64,000 nt of DNA from the human T2T-CHM13v2.0 reference genome, Homo sapiens (GCF_009914755.1 NC_060933.1), one strand, 5' to 3'; shown: positions 38,694 to 51,959, counted from the first letter of the stretch. Translations and numbers: made by a program. Notes: generated by a model not told the origin, from the letters alone.

Positions 38694-40009
38694 AGGGATA
38701 TCTTGTAGCAAACCTTCCAGGTTCCTCTTTTCATTGAACAAAAGGAGTAAGAGGATCTTTTTGTTTAATCAAAACAAGCCCTTTCTCTTGGATGACGATT
38801 CTGGGGAATGGTTGGACAAACCTGCATGTGATATTCAGAGATTTGAGGAGACAGGAGAAACAGATAAACTAACTCCTTTTTTCTGAGATTTGAATGGAGG
38901 TTGTGGGTTAGGTTAGCTACAACCAAGGCCTAATGAGTGTAAATGCCTACAATCTTATTTCTACATGGGTAAGGACAGAAAGAAGTATAACAGAGTAGAA
39001 ACCAAATGACTATGCCTGGCCTGAGTAAAGGTGAGGAGAAAAGGGGGAACGGTGGTTATATATCAGGAAAGAACTAGTCCTGATCTTGTCTTGTGGCCTA
39101 CAATGGGATTGTGAATATGGTTAAACAAAGAGTTAGATGTACAAGGAACTAGTATATTTGGGGTCTCAGGCTACTAATGAATGGGTTCTCTGAAGTGAGC
39201 ATGACATCAGGGAATAGTCTTCGAGTGAAGAACTTGCTACTACAAAAAGGGCTCCAATCTGGCCTTCATGGTAAAGACCAGAACAGGGGGAGTATAGCTA
39301 TATTCTGAGAACAATATTTACCTTCCTGCCACCAAGATATCCCATCAGAGTCCCTTCGGTGTTTGGCAATTTCCAATCAGCTCTGCTCCAGAAGCAGCAC
39401 TAGTTCCCACAGCCTCCTTTTTCTCCTGGAGAAAATTTGGCTACATGATTTCCAATGAGCTTTCCCCCAAGAGAGCCACAATTCCACTTTGGCCCCTTTC
39501 TCCACCAATGTTGACTCATAAAGCAACCAAAACTGGAAATGTTCACTGTTCCACTACTCTGGAGCATCTTCATATGCTGTGGGATAGCTGGTAAGGTAAT
39601 GAAAAGAATTTGGAAACCAAGGGCTCTCTCTGTTTTGCTAGACAGTTCCCATTGCCAGGTGTCACTGGTGAGCAAACATCACTTTGGTCCCTTTACAAGT
39701 TACTGGAGCTGACTTTCCCTCAGCCACTTTTCTTTGGGCATAGCCGGAAAAGACCATATTATATTCTGCAGCTAGCAACTTCCAGCAACAGGCAGCACAT
39801 GGAGAAATGACTCAAGTAGACTAGATTCCTCCCATCTCTTAGCCCCCAGAGAGCATATTGCCAAATCTCTGGCAATATTTGGGAGGCAGTTGAGGACTTG
39901 GTGGATTAGCCTAAACTTTATGACATACCTGGCTACAGGGACCTGACAAGGGTACGTAAGTTGCATCCTAAACCATAAAATGGCGAACCTTAGCTAGGCT
40001 TGCCTTCTA

Positions 40010-40305
40010 CTTCTTCACTTCCTCATGCATTATGGACATTTCCCATATTGCTACTTGGTTTTCTGTATTTGTTTATTGAATGATCTTTATAATTATAATT
40101 TGATTGCAGCATAATGATTCCCTTAAGAGGGTGTGCAATAATTTGTTAGGCATTCATTGATTGCTGGATATTTTGGTTTTTTCCAATGTTTCATGATTAT
40201 AAATAATGTTGCAAAGATATGCCCATCGCTTCTTTTCTTATTTTAAATCATTTCCCTAGTGTGCATTCCCAAGAGTGGGATTACTGAGTCAAGTGTAAAC
40301 ATTTC
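40010..40305 (-). mobile_element. Old L1ME-type fragment
   Basis: ttgctggatattttggtt..ttataaataatgttgcaaaga..attcccaagagtgggattactgagtca. Confidence 0.7.
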
Positions 40306-40994
40306 AGTTAAAGAAATCCAAGGGGAAGAACACATTCTATACACTTGAAAAGTAAACTATGAATCTGGAAAATACCAGTTGACTGGGGCTGAATCTGCAC
40401 CATTTGCATTAATTTAAAATGAAGGTAAACCTTCCTCTTCTATAACTAAGTCCTGTGAAATAGCATCAACCACATAGGCTCTACCAACACGCTGACCAAA
40501 CAGACTTAACTGCAGGCCTGTGATACAGCACAACAGAAATTATCTCACCCTTGGGTTCAGTACAACATCCAATTGCATTATCATTTTCCCAGTAAATAGC
40601 GCTTGCCATCTCTAACTACAGCTGTGTGAAACCAACAGCGTCCACTTGGCGGGGAATCACATTCCAAAGTGTTACTCAAGTATTGTCCAGAAATAAAACT
40701 TAAATCATCTCTCCTGGCTGGCTGAGTGTAAGGTACTTTCTATTTACCAAAGGCTAAAATCATGCCTTTTAAGCAAACTTTGGCTTTAAGTATCAGTTTT
40801 CTGACAGGGGAGGGTATTTTTATGGCCTCAGAATGTAAGGTGAACTCACAAAACTCTTCCTTCTTCCTCTTCCCATGGTTTTTGGCATTCAGAATGTATT
40901 CCTGGAGCTCTACCTAAAGGCAAATTCCACAGTTGTCTTACCATCTCCCAAGGGAAACATATTTCACAATAGTTACACTAAGGTAATATTTGTT

Positions 40995-41590
40995 TCACAT
41001 CAACAAAAATTTATTGAGTGTGTATGCAGCAAGGCATATAGGAAGAATATGGGCTTGACTATCGTACATACTTGCTGTGTATCCAAAGACATTTATGAAA
41101 TTTTCCTAAATTCCAATGGCCTCATCTATTAAATGAAATGAACAATGCCACCTTCACGAAGTAATTGTGAGTTACAAATAATATAAATGAGAAAAGTGCT
41201 CAGTATACAATAAGCAGTCAATACATGTGAATTCTTTTTCCTGGGTCCTAAATGGAATACTGAAATGAAAGACACAGTTTCTGTTCTCAAAGCCTACAGA
41301 ATAGCAGATGAGCACAAACATAGCTATGATACCAAACAGCCTGTGACAAGTATCATAAAACAAAAACAAAGTTTGGAGAGAAAGAACAAGGGGAGAGAGA
41401 GATGTCTACAGAGTGGTCTAGAGTCAGTACTAGATATGTTTTAGATAGCAAACTGAAAATAAGCATGGATCTGGACTCAGCGGTCATGGGTTTCACCGAG
41501 TAACCTAACTTCTTTGAGACTAAGTTTCTTCATCTGGAAATGAAAGAACTTAGATTCCCACTTTACAGAGATTGAAAAGCATAATTCTCT
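40995..41590. mobile_element. L2 (minus) with nested MIR (plus), then a MIR3-like fragment
   Basis: caacaaaaatttattgagtg; cctcatctattaaatg..agcagtcaatacatg; agtttcttcatctggaaatga. Confidence 0.6.
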
Positions 41591-41660
41591 TTTGTAACTA
41601 TAACATTTGTATTTTGTTAGTTATTTTAATAATGAGAACTCCAAATTTAAGTATCTGGAT

Positions 41661-41957
<297 letters not shown>

Positions 41958-42379
41958 TCTGGGAATGCTTTAAGAAGGTGGTGGAATATGAAATAAATAA
42001 ATTTTATAAAATGGGTTGGGTGTTGACCACATATTAGAAGAATCAGCTGAAGGAGCAGTTTAAGTAAAAGATCTTGGGTAAGAAAATGTACCATCGGATG
42101 AGTGAATGATTTAAATGGAAAAATACTGTAAAGTTACTTGAATCCATATGGGATATACTTCGTATGGATAGTTACCTGAGCATGCATTTGTGTGTTATTT
42201 AACATCAGGGGAAGCTCTTGACATTTTTTAAACGAGAAGTAAAGCCACTCTCGTCTCAAATTTTAGAAAATAATTCTCACAGTGGTAAAGAGACGGCACA
42301 ATCCCCATCCTTTGTTGAAAAACCATGTATATTACACATCAAGGAGTCAGCAATTCAATTAAAGAGGTTAGTTTTAAAC

Positions 42380-42848
42380 ATCCTGTGGCCTGAATTATGG
42401 TCTCCAAAGATGTTTATATTCTGAGGCCCAGAACATGTCAATATGTTATCTCACAAGAAAAAAATAAGTAAAAGGAGGAAGGGGAGATTTTGCTGGTGTG
42501 ATTAAGGATCTTCTGATGGAAATATTATTTTTGGATTATCCAGGTAATCACAAGCGTACAGATAACAGGCAGGCAGGAATGTGAAAATCAGAGAGAAGAG
42601 AGATGTGCACCAGAAGCTGGAGTAATGTGCTTTGAAGATGGAGGAAGGGACCATAAATCAAGGAATGCAGACAGCCTGTAGAAGCTGGGAAAGGCAAGGA
42701 TGTGGATTCACTCGAGTCTCTAGAAGAAACGCAACCCCGCCAACACCTTGATTTGAGGACGTCTGACCTTCAGAATGAGAAAATGATACATTTGTGTTGT
42801 AAGCCACCCAGTTTGTGAAATATGTATCAACAATTGAAAACTAGTACA
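42380..42848 (+). mobile_element. MLT1D MaLR solo LTR
   Basis: gtgtgattaaggatctt..ggattatcca..gctttgaagatggaggaaggg..ccaacaccttgattt..gaaaactagtaca. Confidence 0.88.
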
Positions 42849-43999
42849 TAGTCAAATACTCAATCTCTGTTTTTTTTAGCTTATCATTTTCAATCTCTGT
42901 CTCCAACCCACAAACCACATGCATCATAAATAAATTAAAATACCAAAACTTTTCTTCTAGAATTTTTTTGGGAATACAAATTCATATCATTGAACTAAAT
43001 ATTTTAGAACCCATAAAAAAGGTCAGATTTAATCTTTAAAAAAATCCAAGATCTGTGTGTAAGTGGTGCTTTTGCCTACTTGGTTTTGTCTCATCAACTA
43101 GACACTATTTGGAGCCAGGGAGTCACTGAATTGCCCATTGCAATGTAGTCTCAGCATAGGACTGGAAGGGCTCCACAGAAACAAAGTTAAATTCCTGATG
43201 CTGCTTCTCCAAACAGCAGTACCCTTCAAGATGTATGCCCATTCGTAAGATTTTTTTTTTTTTTTTTCCTATTCCACGTTCAATTTGGCCCTTGTACAGC
43301 CTGGAATTTAGAGGAAGAGAAACTCACTAACTTCTAAGCGCAGTTAAAGTTACAAGAACCTGGAAAGGGGGAAAATGTATCGCAAACTAAGATGCTTTAA
43401 GAACTTACCAGGATTCCTTCGTGGCCATTCTTTTGTTTTCTTATCCCCTATGACTTCAGCCAGAAAACATTAAAATGAGTTCCTTATACTGTGCATGGTT
43501 TGCAGGTGAAGGTTGTCTGAGCTTTAATTTGCTGTTTGATTCGCCCCAGGAATTTCAGGTGTTGCACGAGGGACTAAAGTACAGAGCGTACCTAAGTTCT
43601 TGGTTGTTAGCCATTGGACCATGGCCACAGTATTATTAAACCATCCAAGCACGCTGGGTCTCAACCACAAAATTTAATTTTCTCTACTGCAGGGACTAAT
43701 CAACTACCATAGACTTAAAGAGACTGTTTTTATCTACAAAAAATTTCCCCCTTCAGACTGATGTGGAGCTAATTTTAGTTTTGTCTATCCTCAGGGTTAC
43801 AAACATTGATATAAATTCAGCTTGATGACAAACAGATAAGAGGTAGAATTTATATGAATACAATCTGTAATATAAATTAAAGAAAGATGAAAGCTCCAAG
43901 GTTTTTGGAGATTGGTGACACCTTAGTAAATAATGCTTAAGAATTCCATTATAAGCAAACTTTACCACACTTGTTAACAATGTATTTTTACATACTCCA

Positions 44000-44320
44000 A
44001 CTACCAGGGAATGCCTGTTTCTTCCTGCTGTCCTCATACAGATTTCCCTCTTCTTTGACTCCTTTCCTTTTTGTTAGCACATCCTCAGCCTCCACTCTTG
44101 TCACATCCCACCTCTAACCATGTGTCAGGGTTCAGAATTGGTGTTATTGAAGCAGAAGCAGGGAAAAGAAAACTATTACATGCATTGAATGCCTGTGATA
44201 CTAATCCTGGGCTATCTTCAGGCCTGTTTTATGATAGAGAAAAATAACCCCCTAATATGTCGGGACCACTGGTTTTCAGGTGCGTATTACTGGTAACCAA
44301 ATGCTTCCAAATGATTCTCA
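44000..44320 (+). mobile_element. Old MLT1 LTR fragments
   Basis: gatagagaaaaataaccccct..ccactg..tattact..aaccaaatgc. Confidence 0.45.
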
Positions 44321-45121
44321 TATCATCACATTAAACAATCAAGATTTTAAAATGATCCCCTTTTTTAAAAAAAAGAAACTTGTAAATATCCTTCAACCTT
44401 CCAGTTGTTATTTTTGAAACAATTTAAATAAGACAGACCCAAAAGAATTAAATACAATTCATATTTTTGATCACCTAATGGCTGCTATGGAAGCAAGGGA
44501 TGCCACATGGCATCGATTGTTCCTCAACTGATGCAATCAACATGGAATATTAAAATGGAATGGGCTGCCTCTCGAGGTGGAAAAACTTTTGATTATGTGG
44601 ATTACACGATCAGAAACAGCAAATCCACATGGCTCTGTGCCAAGTGACAATTGAGGAAGGGCACTGCCTCGCTTTCAAATATTTAAGGATGAGCTCATTG
44701 AGACATCAAAGAAACAAGTTTCTATTATAGCAGAGGATTGATTTGATTGCTTTAGGACACAAATTGTTTGGCATAACACCAGAGATTGGGGGTAAATTCC
44801 AAGTACTTATACAGGTGACCCAAGACTTACAGCTGCTTAACTTGTGACTATTGTTCAGGAAGCACTTAAGAAGTAAGTACAGAGGTGCAGTCAGCAGTAC
44901 ACTCCAGGGTCCTCCTGGGAGGTACAGACTTTGGGGGGCTGGCTAGAAAACCAACTATAATTTTTGATAATTTCTATTGAAACCTATAAAGTTCTGTACA
45001 ACCAACATAAAAACTCGCTTTCCAAAGCAATTTGTATTTTATAATGCCAGGCTTGTCCAGAGAAAACAAACTAGTGCCTTCCTCATTGCAAAAATTATAT
45101 ATATATATATACTTTTTCCAG

Positions 45122-45241
45122 TGGAGCACAAAGTTGATTCTCACTGCGGATTGATATACCTGATAGCTAGACTACTTTCTGTGGTGTTTTCAATCTGATT
45201 AAAATTCTACATATTTACCTGGAAGGGCAATAAGCTTCCTG
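45122..45241 (+). ncRNA. Candidate 120-nt non-coding exon
   Basis: Acceptor atactttttccAG (45121), donor ctg|GTAAGA (45242); stops in all three frames. Confidence 0.35.
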
Positions 45242-45369
45242 GTAAGAATCAAAATGGCTAACTGGAAGGAGACAAAAGGACTAATAAGGAAGCACTTTAT
45301 TTCTTTTTTACCTTAGTAGGAAAAACACTAGTGTGTGTCTGTTTGTCATTATTACACCTTTCTTCTTTA

Positions 45370-45840
45370 TTTGAGGAAACTCCAGTTTCGTTACGTGGTA
45401 ACTTGCTCAGTCCCAGGAGGTGATTCCTGATTGTCATAAGTAAATCACAGGTCACCTTTTTCCTCCACTAGTTATTGGTATGGGCGTGGATAGAAGAGCC
45501 AGTTCTGGTCAGTGGGGTATGAGCAGAAGTAGGAAGAAAGCCTTTTTTTCTGCCATTACTTCCCACCCCCACTCCAATTGGGAACGTGGTTTCAGGAAGC
45601 TTTGATGATTAGTACTTTGGCAGTGATTTTGAGACCATCAGGGGAGACCTCAACACCCCACTGGAGACATGCAGAGGAGAAGTTTGGGAAGAGATGGGCC
45701 CTTATTGATATCGAGTCCCAAGAGCAACCCAGCAATCACCTCCTCTGGCCTTCTTGTTCTGAAAATAATAAATGTTTTAGATTTTACGCAACTTGGTTGA
45801 ATATTTTGATGCACGTAGCAAAAAGCAATCCTAAAGATAA
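45370..45840 (+). mobile_element. MLT1J-like LTR
   Basis: ccagttctggtcagtg..gagcagaagt..ggcagtgattttgagaccat..aataataaatg..gtagcaaaaagcaatcctaaagata. Confidence 0.65.
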
Positions 45841-45964
45841 GCTGAATAAATGCATCCTTCCAGGGAATGACATAGTGCTTTATCATGGAACTCAGAGACT
45901 TAAAGAATATTATTAGGAAGATTTGAGGTCCTTTGGACCAAAGAACCACAATGATTACCCAAAG

Positions 45965-45977
45965 GTTTTTGTTTTGT

Positions 45978-46005
<28 letters not shown>
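45965..46005. repeat. (GTTTT)n microsatellite
   Basis: Seen directly, ~8 units. Confidence 0.95.
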
Positions 46006-46008
<3 letters not shown>

Positions 46009-46012
46009 GCAG

Positions 46013-46088
46013 GAAATTGTAGGAAGAATTTTAAACAGAGCACTCTTCCTCTTGTAAAAATTAACCCAACTCAGAAATAAAGGAACAA
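46013..46088 (+). ncRNA. Candidate 76-nt exon
   Basis: Acceptor (gtttt)n-cttgcAG (46012), donor caa|GTGAGT (46089). Confidence 0.35.
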
Positions 46089-47504
46089 GTGAGTTGAAGA
46101 ACTTCATGTCAGTCTGATATTTTGAGGATCAAAATTCCGGCAAAAGTGTAGGATGTGCTGAATAACATTTGATTTAGTTATCTAAAATGTTTTCGTTTGC
46201 TATGTTTAAAACCTCTTTGGAAAGTTTCATGCCTGTGTTCCAGGAAGTTGGGACATCTTAATTTTGCTTATTAAAAGAGGCGTGGTCTCAATTACCTTCC
46301 AAAGGGAGAAAAATCTTAAGAAGATCACTATGCAACTCCCAGCTATAAAATATATTATCATTACCTTTAACCATAAGAAGTATTTTTTAGACAATTCCTG
46401 AGAAAAAGAGAGGATAAGAGGTAGAAATAAAGGGCAGAGAAGTGGAGTGTCAGAAGTGGAATTGAATGAAATAATGAGCCCTTTAAATTCACTAGTCTGG
46501 CAATAAAGGTTGTACTATACACAGGTTAAATGTATCAAGAGGAGGCAAGACAGCCCACACGACTATGAGAGAAAGTGATTTTGAAGAGTTCTTTCAAAAT
46601 GATTGCTTTACAGGAAACATTAGCTTTAAACAAAATTGGGAATAGAAGAAAGTTCTTACTAAAGAAAACAATTGTAAGTATTCTTAATTGCCTGGAAATA
46701 ATTTGTCATGCAAAATTGGACCATGCATGATACATTTATAAAAATGGTTTAGAGGTACTGATGTTGTAATGCTGCATGTTTTCTTTGCACATAGTGTTCT
46801 GATAATACATTCAAGACAAGGGATCTGATTTTCACTTTTATCTCTCTTCCTCTCCCTTCTCTACAACCGCTACTTGTTTTTTGGGGCTAAGGAGGGACAG
46901 AAGGGAGGAAGAGCAGGCATAAAATAACTTCAAGAGCCAATGCTGCTACTCAATGTATTTTATTATTTCAGGAATTCCTTCAAAGCTGGGCTGCAATTAC
47001 ATTTAAAACAGGAGAATAATGGGCTATTGACATGTATATGGTTTTAGAAATATAAGGCCTCATTTTCTCAGCTGGAATTTCCCCTACAATGTGCATTTGC
47101 ATTACATTAGAGATGCTCTTTTGGAAAAAGAGGATCACGTGCATTCAGACATTTTGACATTATCTGGGTCAGAAGGAACATTTAAAAGCAATAGCCCTAC
47201 AAGTACCAAAGCTCTCTTACAGGCAAGCATCACAATGCATTAGGGAAGAACGAGGCCATCCCTGAGCATCTCCCTGCATTGGCCATGTTTTATGACATAC
47301 CTGCCTAACCCAGACATTAATCTACTGAAGATGGATTGGCCTGGTCATGGTCCTCTGCTAACCTTCAACGGCGTGTACATTACCTAAATTGAAATCTGCA
47401 CTTTTTCATGCCACGTGTGGTTTGATGTGACGGTCCAAGGAATGTAGGGTGCATTAGAATTGGTTTTTATGTGAAGAGAATCTCCCTTCCTATTTACCTT
47501 TCAG

Positions 47505-47614
47505 CAGGGCAGCTGTAGGCTTTCCTTCTCGCTTGACAATGAAGGCATTCTTTTTCACTGCTTAACCCAAGAGTAGCTACGCTGGCTGGCTCAGAATTGC
47601 ATGACACTGGTCAG
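47505..47614 (+). ncRNA. Candidate 110/107-nt exon
   Basis: Acceptor tctcccttcctatttacctttcAG-cAG (NAGNAG), donor cag|GTATGT (47615). Confidence 0.4.
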
Positions 47615-48089
47615 GTATGTAAGCAACTCAGTGCCTTTCCTATTCCCAGAAGTGCCAAAGACATAATGAAAAAGGAATGCAGAAGTTTTCACCTGTGATA
47701 ATTATCTAAAAAACCCTGTAAAATGAAATCTTTGTCATCTTCCAAGAAGAGGTCACTTGTACGTGTCAGTGATTACATGAGCTCTTTATGTGAACTGAAG
47801 GACCTGTATAATTGGTGTGATACAGCAAGAAAATCTCATCGACGTTGCATAAGGTGTCTATAATTTTCTAATCTCCCACATCCTAGTTCCCCAGACATGA
47901 CACTCTTTATTTACCCTGCACTTACGTTTCTTTCCTGAATAGGCAGGAGAACTAGACTTGTACTGGCCCCTCTGTAATTAGTGGAATGAGGGGCAGTGTT
48001 GTGGGGAGCTAGGATACAGTGAGTCTTTGTGAAACTTGCCATCTCTGAATTTTCCTGTTATTCTACAGGTTAAAAATGAAAGAGTAAAT

Positions 48090-48435
48090 GAACACCATAG
48101 GGGTCAAGGGCACAGGCTTTATGAATGGACAATCTGAGTTCAAATCCTACTTCACCATCTACTAGAAATGTGTGACTTTTGAACTTAGTTTCCTCATCAG
48201 CCCATCAGTGACACTATGAGAATTAAATGAAATGCTGTAATCATTCATTCATTTGTTCATTCAACAAGTACTTAGAAAACACTTCCAAATATGAAGCACT
48301 GTATGTGCCTCCAGCATTGGGGATACTACGTTATGTTGTGCTTTCATGAAGCCTACAGTTGTTAATCCAGGAAAGCATTTAGGATACAGTGTTTGGCACA
48401 TACTAAACACACCGTAAATTTGCTATTATCATAAT
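48090..48435. mobile_element. MIR (plus) with nested L2 3' end (minus, ~48240-48365)
   Basis: ctgagttcaaatcctac..agtttcctcatc..gaattaaatga; tcattcattcatttgttcattcaacaagta. Confidence 0.75.
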
Positions 48436-50061
48436 TACCGTAATAAAAGTATGCAGAGTCACATTTCTACACTTCCTTTTGAAGACATTCCATGCTGTTA
48501 TCTGGAAGAGCAACAGAAGGGTTATTTTAAACAATGGTATTGACACCCTCCAGAAAAGCATATGTTAGTAGAACTTTGACTGGTCATGTACTCAGTGCAG
48601 ATACTTTTGTAAAACCATTAGGTCTCTGTTTTGGCAACTAAAGATGATGGTGCACTGGTGTGCTCTGAGCATTTTCACTTCAAGCTTATTGAGAACCAAC
48701 TAATGTGCCAGACACTCTTATGTGGGGTGAGTCTGGAGAGACTTTTTCCAATTATTAAAATCATTTTTGCTGCCCGTGTTCATGGAACAAATTCGAAGAC
48801 ATTGTCTTGCTCCTGGGTATAAACACTGTCAATGTTTTGATACATGAAGGACTTATTCGACATCGGTGATAAGAAGTGCCAATGCTGACACTCAAGCAGC
48901 TGGACTTTTCTTTGACCCATTAACCCTCCTGCTGGAGAACTGAGTTCACCTATTTACTGAAAGCACTTAAAGTAAGAATGACATTGCCTAGTAGGGCTCC
49001 CTGGAGCTGTGTTGCTAATGGTTGTGGCATAAATAAGGAATCTCTCGGAAATGGGTGGCAAAGAACTAAAGGGAAATAGGTTGATGTAGCCAGGCAGGAA
49101 AGCTGTACACCTGCTGGAGTTACACCTGGCATGGGCCAATTCCATTTGTTCTCTCTTTCTTAGGCAATAAATTTCCTTGGTGAGTAATGGTGCACACCTA
49201 CCAATTTAGAAAATTAGGGAGATAGTTTCCGTTCCAGGGAATTGGCTCCAAAGGGTGTGTGGAGAGCTGGAGACTCTTTGAATAATCCAAACTCTCCACA
49301 GAGTGTTCCTTAGAATTTGTCTCACTGGCATTGGGAACAATTTGCAGAAAGTACAGAACATTACACATGCCTTTGATGACTAGAGGAGGAAGGGCTGTGC
49401 CAAGAACATGGTGAAATACTGTACACCTCTACCGAAAAATGTCCCGAAAAGGTCATTGGACAGTTTTGTTGAAAATTATTTATTTCCTAGACTTTGAGAA
49501 TAATGGCAATTAAGCAAGACCTCAGATTTGATCAATCTTATGACTAAAACACAGAATGATTTTAGAAGTACTAATTAAAACAAATACTGGTAAAAGCAAG
49601 CCCAATTTACACTGAATTTTGTTGAAATGCAGCTCTCTGGGGTTTTTTTCCTTTAAAATTGTGAAGGCCTTAGTCTGTTTTCCTTTTCCACTGCTTTGTT
49701 ATTTTCAGGAATTTTGTGGGTATAAAGTACCTCTATAAGGATATTCTGTTATAGAGAGCATCTTTACAGAAGTGAAACCAGCAACTGTGTGTTTTTTGCC
49801 TCTAATGGAGATCCAAATGGAACCTTGTCTCAACATCACCAGAGCTTCTGGTTCCCAATTCCTTAATTGGCACCTGGAAGCACTAACAAAAAAACAAAAG
49901 TTTCTGCCAACCTCATTTGCTTAGATAGCTTTTGTGCTCACATTTTCTCCTAGCACCAAGGCATCAGGGAACAGAAGACACAGAGGAAATAAATAATTTT
50001 CTAATTAAGCTAGTGTGCAGAGGCAGCACTATATTTCTCTGATTGTGTAAACTTAAATATA

Positions 50062-50420
50062 TGAGTCAAGATAGACCAAAAGATGCATGATAACAAAAAT
50101 TCAAAAATTCCATTGGCTTAAAATATTAAGTTTATTTTGTAGTTTCTACTACACTGTCAACTTGGCTTGGTAGGGGCTCTGCTCAACTAGATCACTGGAG
50201 GATACTTGGGCATTTTCACACATGCTTCCAACGTTTCCACAGCAGGGGAGGAAGAAGAACAAGGATATGTGAAAACTGGCTTTTAATGCTAAATGCAAAC
50301 ACATATCATGTTTGTTCCCATTTCTTTGGCCAAATAGGACATATATCTAAGCCTAAGTCAGAGGGGCAGAGAGGTCAATTCTTTCAGGTACCAGAATGTC
50401 TACACCCATCATAAGCTACA
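50062..50420 (-). mobile_element. Old MLT1 (I/J-like) LTR
   Basis: tgagtcaagatag..ataacaaa..tggcttaaaa..aagtttattt..ggggctctgctc..catttctttggccaaa. Confidence 0.65.
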
Positions 50421-50429
50421 GTAGGATTT

Positions 50430-51103
50430 TTTTGGTAATTTTATCTTTTTGTGTATGGCGTGATAGCCCAGGCGAATATAGAAAAGCTATGAAAGCACAA
50501 AAGTCAGGTTCAAACTAAAATACAAATTAAATTCTCCCTTCCTTCACCTAGATTTTTTTTAAGTAATTTCAACTTTTATTTTAGATTTAGGGGTTATACA
50601 TGCAGGTTTGTTACATGGGTATATTGCTTGATGCTGAGGTTCAGGGTATGATTGCTCCTGTCACCCAGGTAGTGAGCATAGTACCCAACAGTTAGTTTTT
50701 CAACCCTTGCTCCTCTCTCTCCCTACCCCCCTTTAGGAGTGTCCAGTATCTATTGTTGCCATCTTTATGTCCATGAGTATCCAATATCTAGCTCACACTT
50801 ATAAGTGACTACCATTTTACCTAGCAATTCAGTTAATGGGTATATATCCAAAAGAAGATAAATCATTCTGCCAAAAGGACACATGCATTCGTATATTCAT
50901 TGCAGCACTATTCAGAAGAGCAGAGACATGAAATCAACCCAGATGCCCAACAATGGTGGATTGGATAAAGAAAATGTTGTACATACACACTGTGGAATAC
51001 TATGCAGTCATAAAAAAGAACAAAATCATGTCCTTCAGCACAATATAGATGCAGCTGGAGGCCATTATCCTAAGCAAATTAATGCTGGAACAGAAAATCA
51101 AAC
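50430..51103 (-). mobile_element. 5'-truncated, 5'-inverted L1 (L1PA16/L1PB-like) with probable 3' transduction
   Basis: Minus-strand L1 3' end 50553-50808, plus-strand ORF2-end segment 50808-51103; perfect 12-bp direct repeat ACAGTAGGATTT at 50418-50429 and 51104-51115. Confidence 0.85.
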
Positions 51104-51165
51104 ACAGTAGGATTTGTAGGAGTCTATCATTCCACTTACACTGTAATTTGTTCATTATATTGAGC

Positions 51166-51355
51166 CAGTGGTTCTCAACCAGCAGCAACTTTGCCCCCTA
51201 GAAAACATTTGGCAATGACCGGAGATATTTTTGGTGGTCAGGAGGGGGGGAGATCCTGGCCTCTAGTGATTAGGGGACAGGGGTGCCGCTAAACATCCTA
51301 GAATGCACAGGACAGCCCCCACTATAAATTATCTGGTTCAAAATGTCAACAATAA
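51166..51355 (+). mobile_element. MER20
   Basis: cagtggttctcaacc..catttggcaatga..gctaaacatcctagaatgcacaggacagccccc. Confidence 0.9.
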
Positions 51356-51959
51356 TTAGACTACTGGGTTTCTTAGAAGCTAGTGTAAATAAGAAAACGC
51401 ATGCTCACACAGAAACAAAGACATCTTTTAAAGCTCTAGTAACTGAAACTGTGTGGTATTGGTAAGGGAATAGACAAGACAAATAGATTAATGGAGCAGA
51501 AAAGAAAGTCTTACCACTGACGTTTTCAAACAACGGGGAATGATGTAAGGGTAATTGTCTATCCATGTGGGAAAAAGATAAAGCTGTACCTTTACATCAT
51601 GGCGTTTGCAAAAATAAATTCTAGATAGATTAGAAAATGTAAAAGTAAAAGCAAGATTATGTTTATTAGGAGAAAACATAAACATGTTTCTATGATCAAA
51701 AGTAAAAAAAGAAAAAAAATTTAAGAAAAATATGCATAATTTTGATAATATCAAAACTACATGACAAGCCAAGAAACTGAGAGAACACTTGCAAATATCT
51801 ATACAATACTCAAAAATTAGCTAAAATATATAAAATTTCATCAAACATAAAAGAAAAAAAGGAAAATACAAATTGAGCCCAGGGCATCTGGTAGTATCTC
51901 AAAGTAAGGAAATGCTCAAAAAACAAACAAACAAACAAACAAAAACAATGATGGCATGT

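Noticed and set aside
38348-38737. 129-aa hydrophobic ORF resembling a membrane protein
   Set aside because: The F/L/P/S richness comes from the CT-rich low-complexity tract.
38700-39830. Possible very old LTR-like sequence
   Set aside because: I could not match it to a family or find termini/TSDs with enough confidence to call.
40636-40655. cagcgtccacttggcggg as a CTCF or REST site
   Set aside because: Needs an indel to fit the CTCF core, and no properly spaced REST half-site partner is present.
42142-42169. Small hairpin atccatatg..cgtatggat
   Set aside because: Short, imperfect and isolated; compatible with chance.
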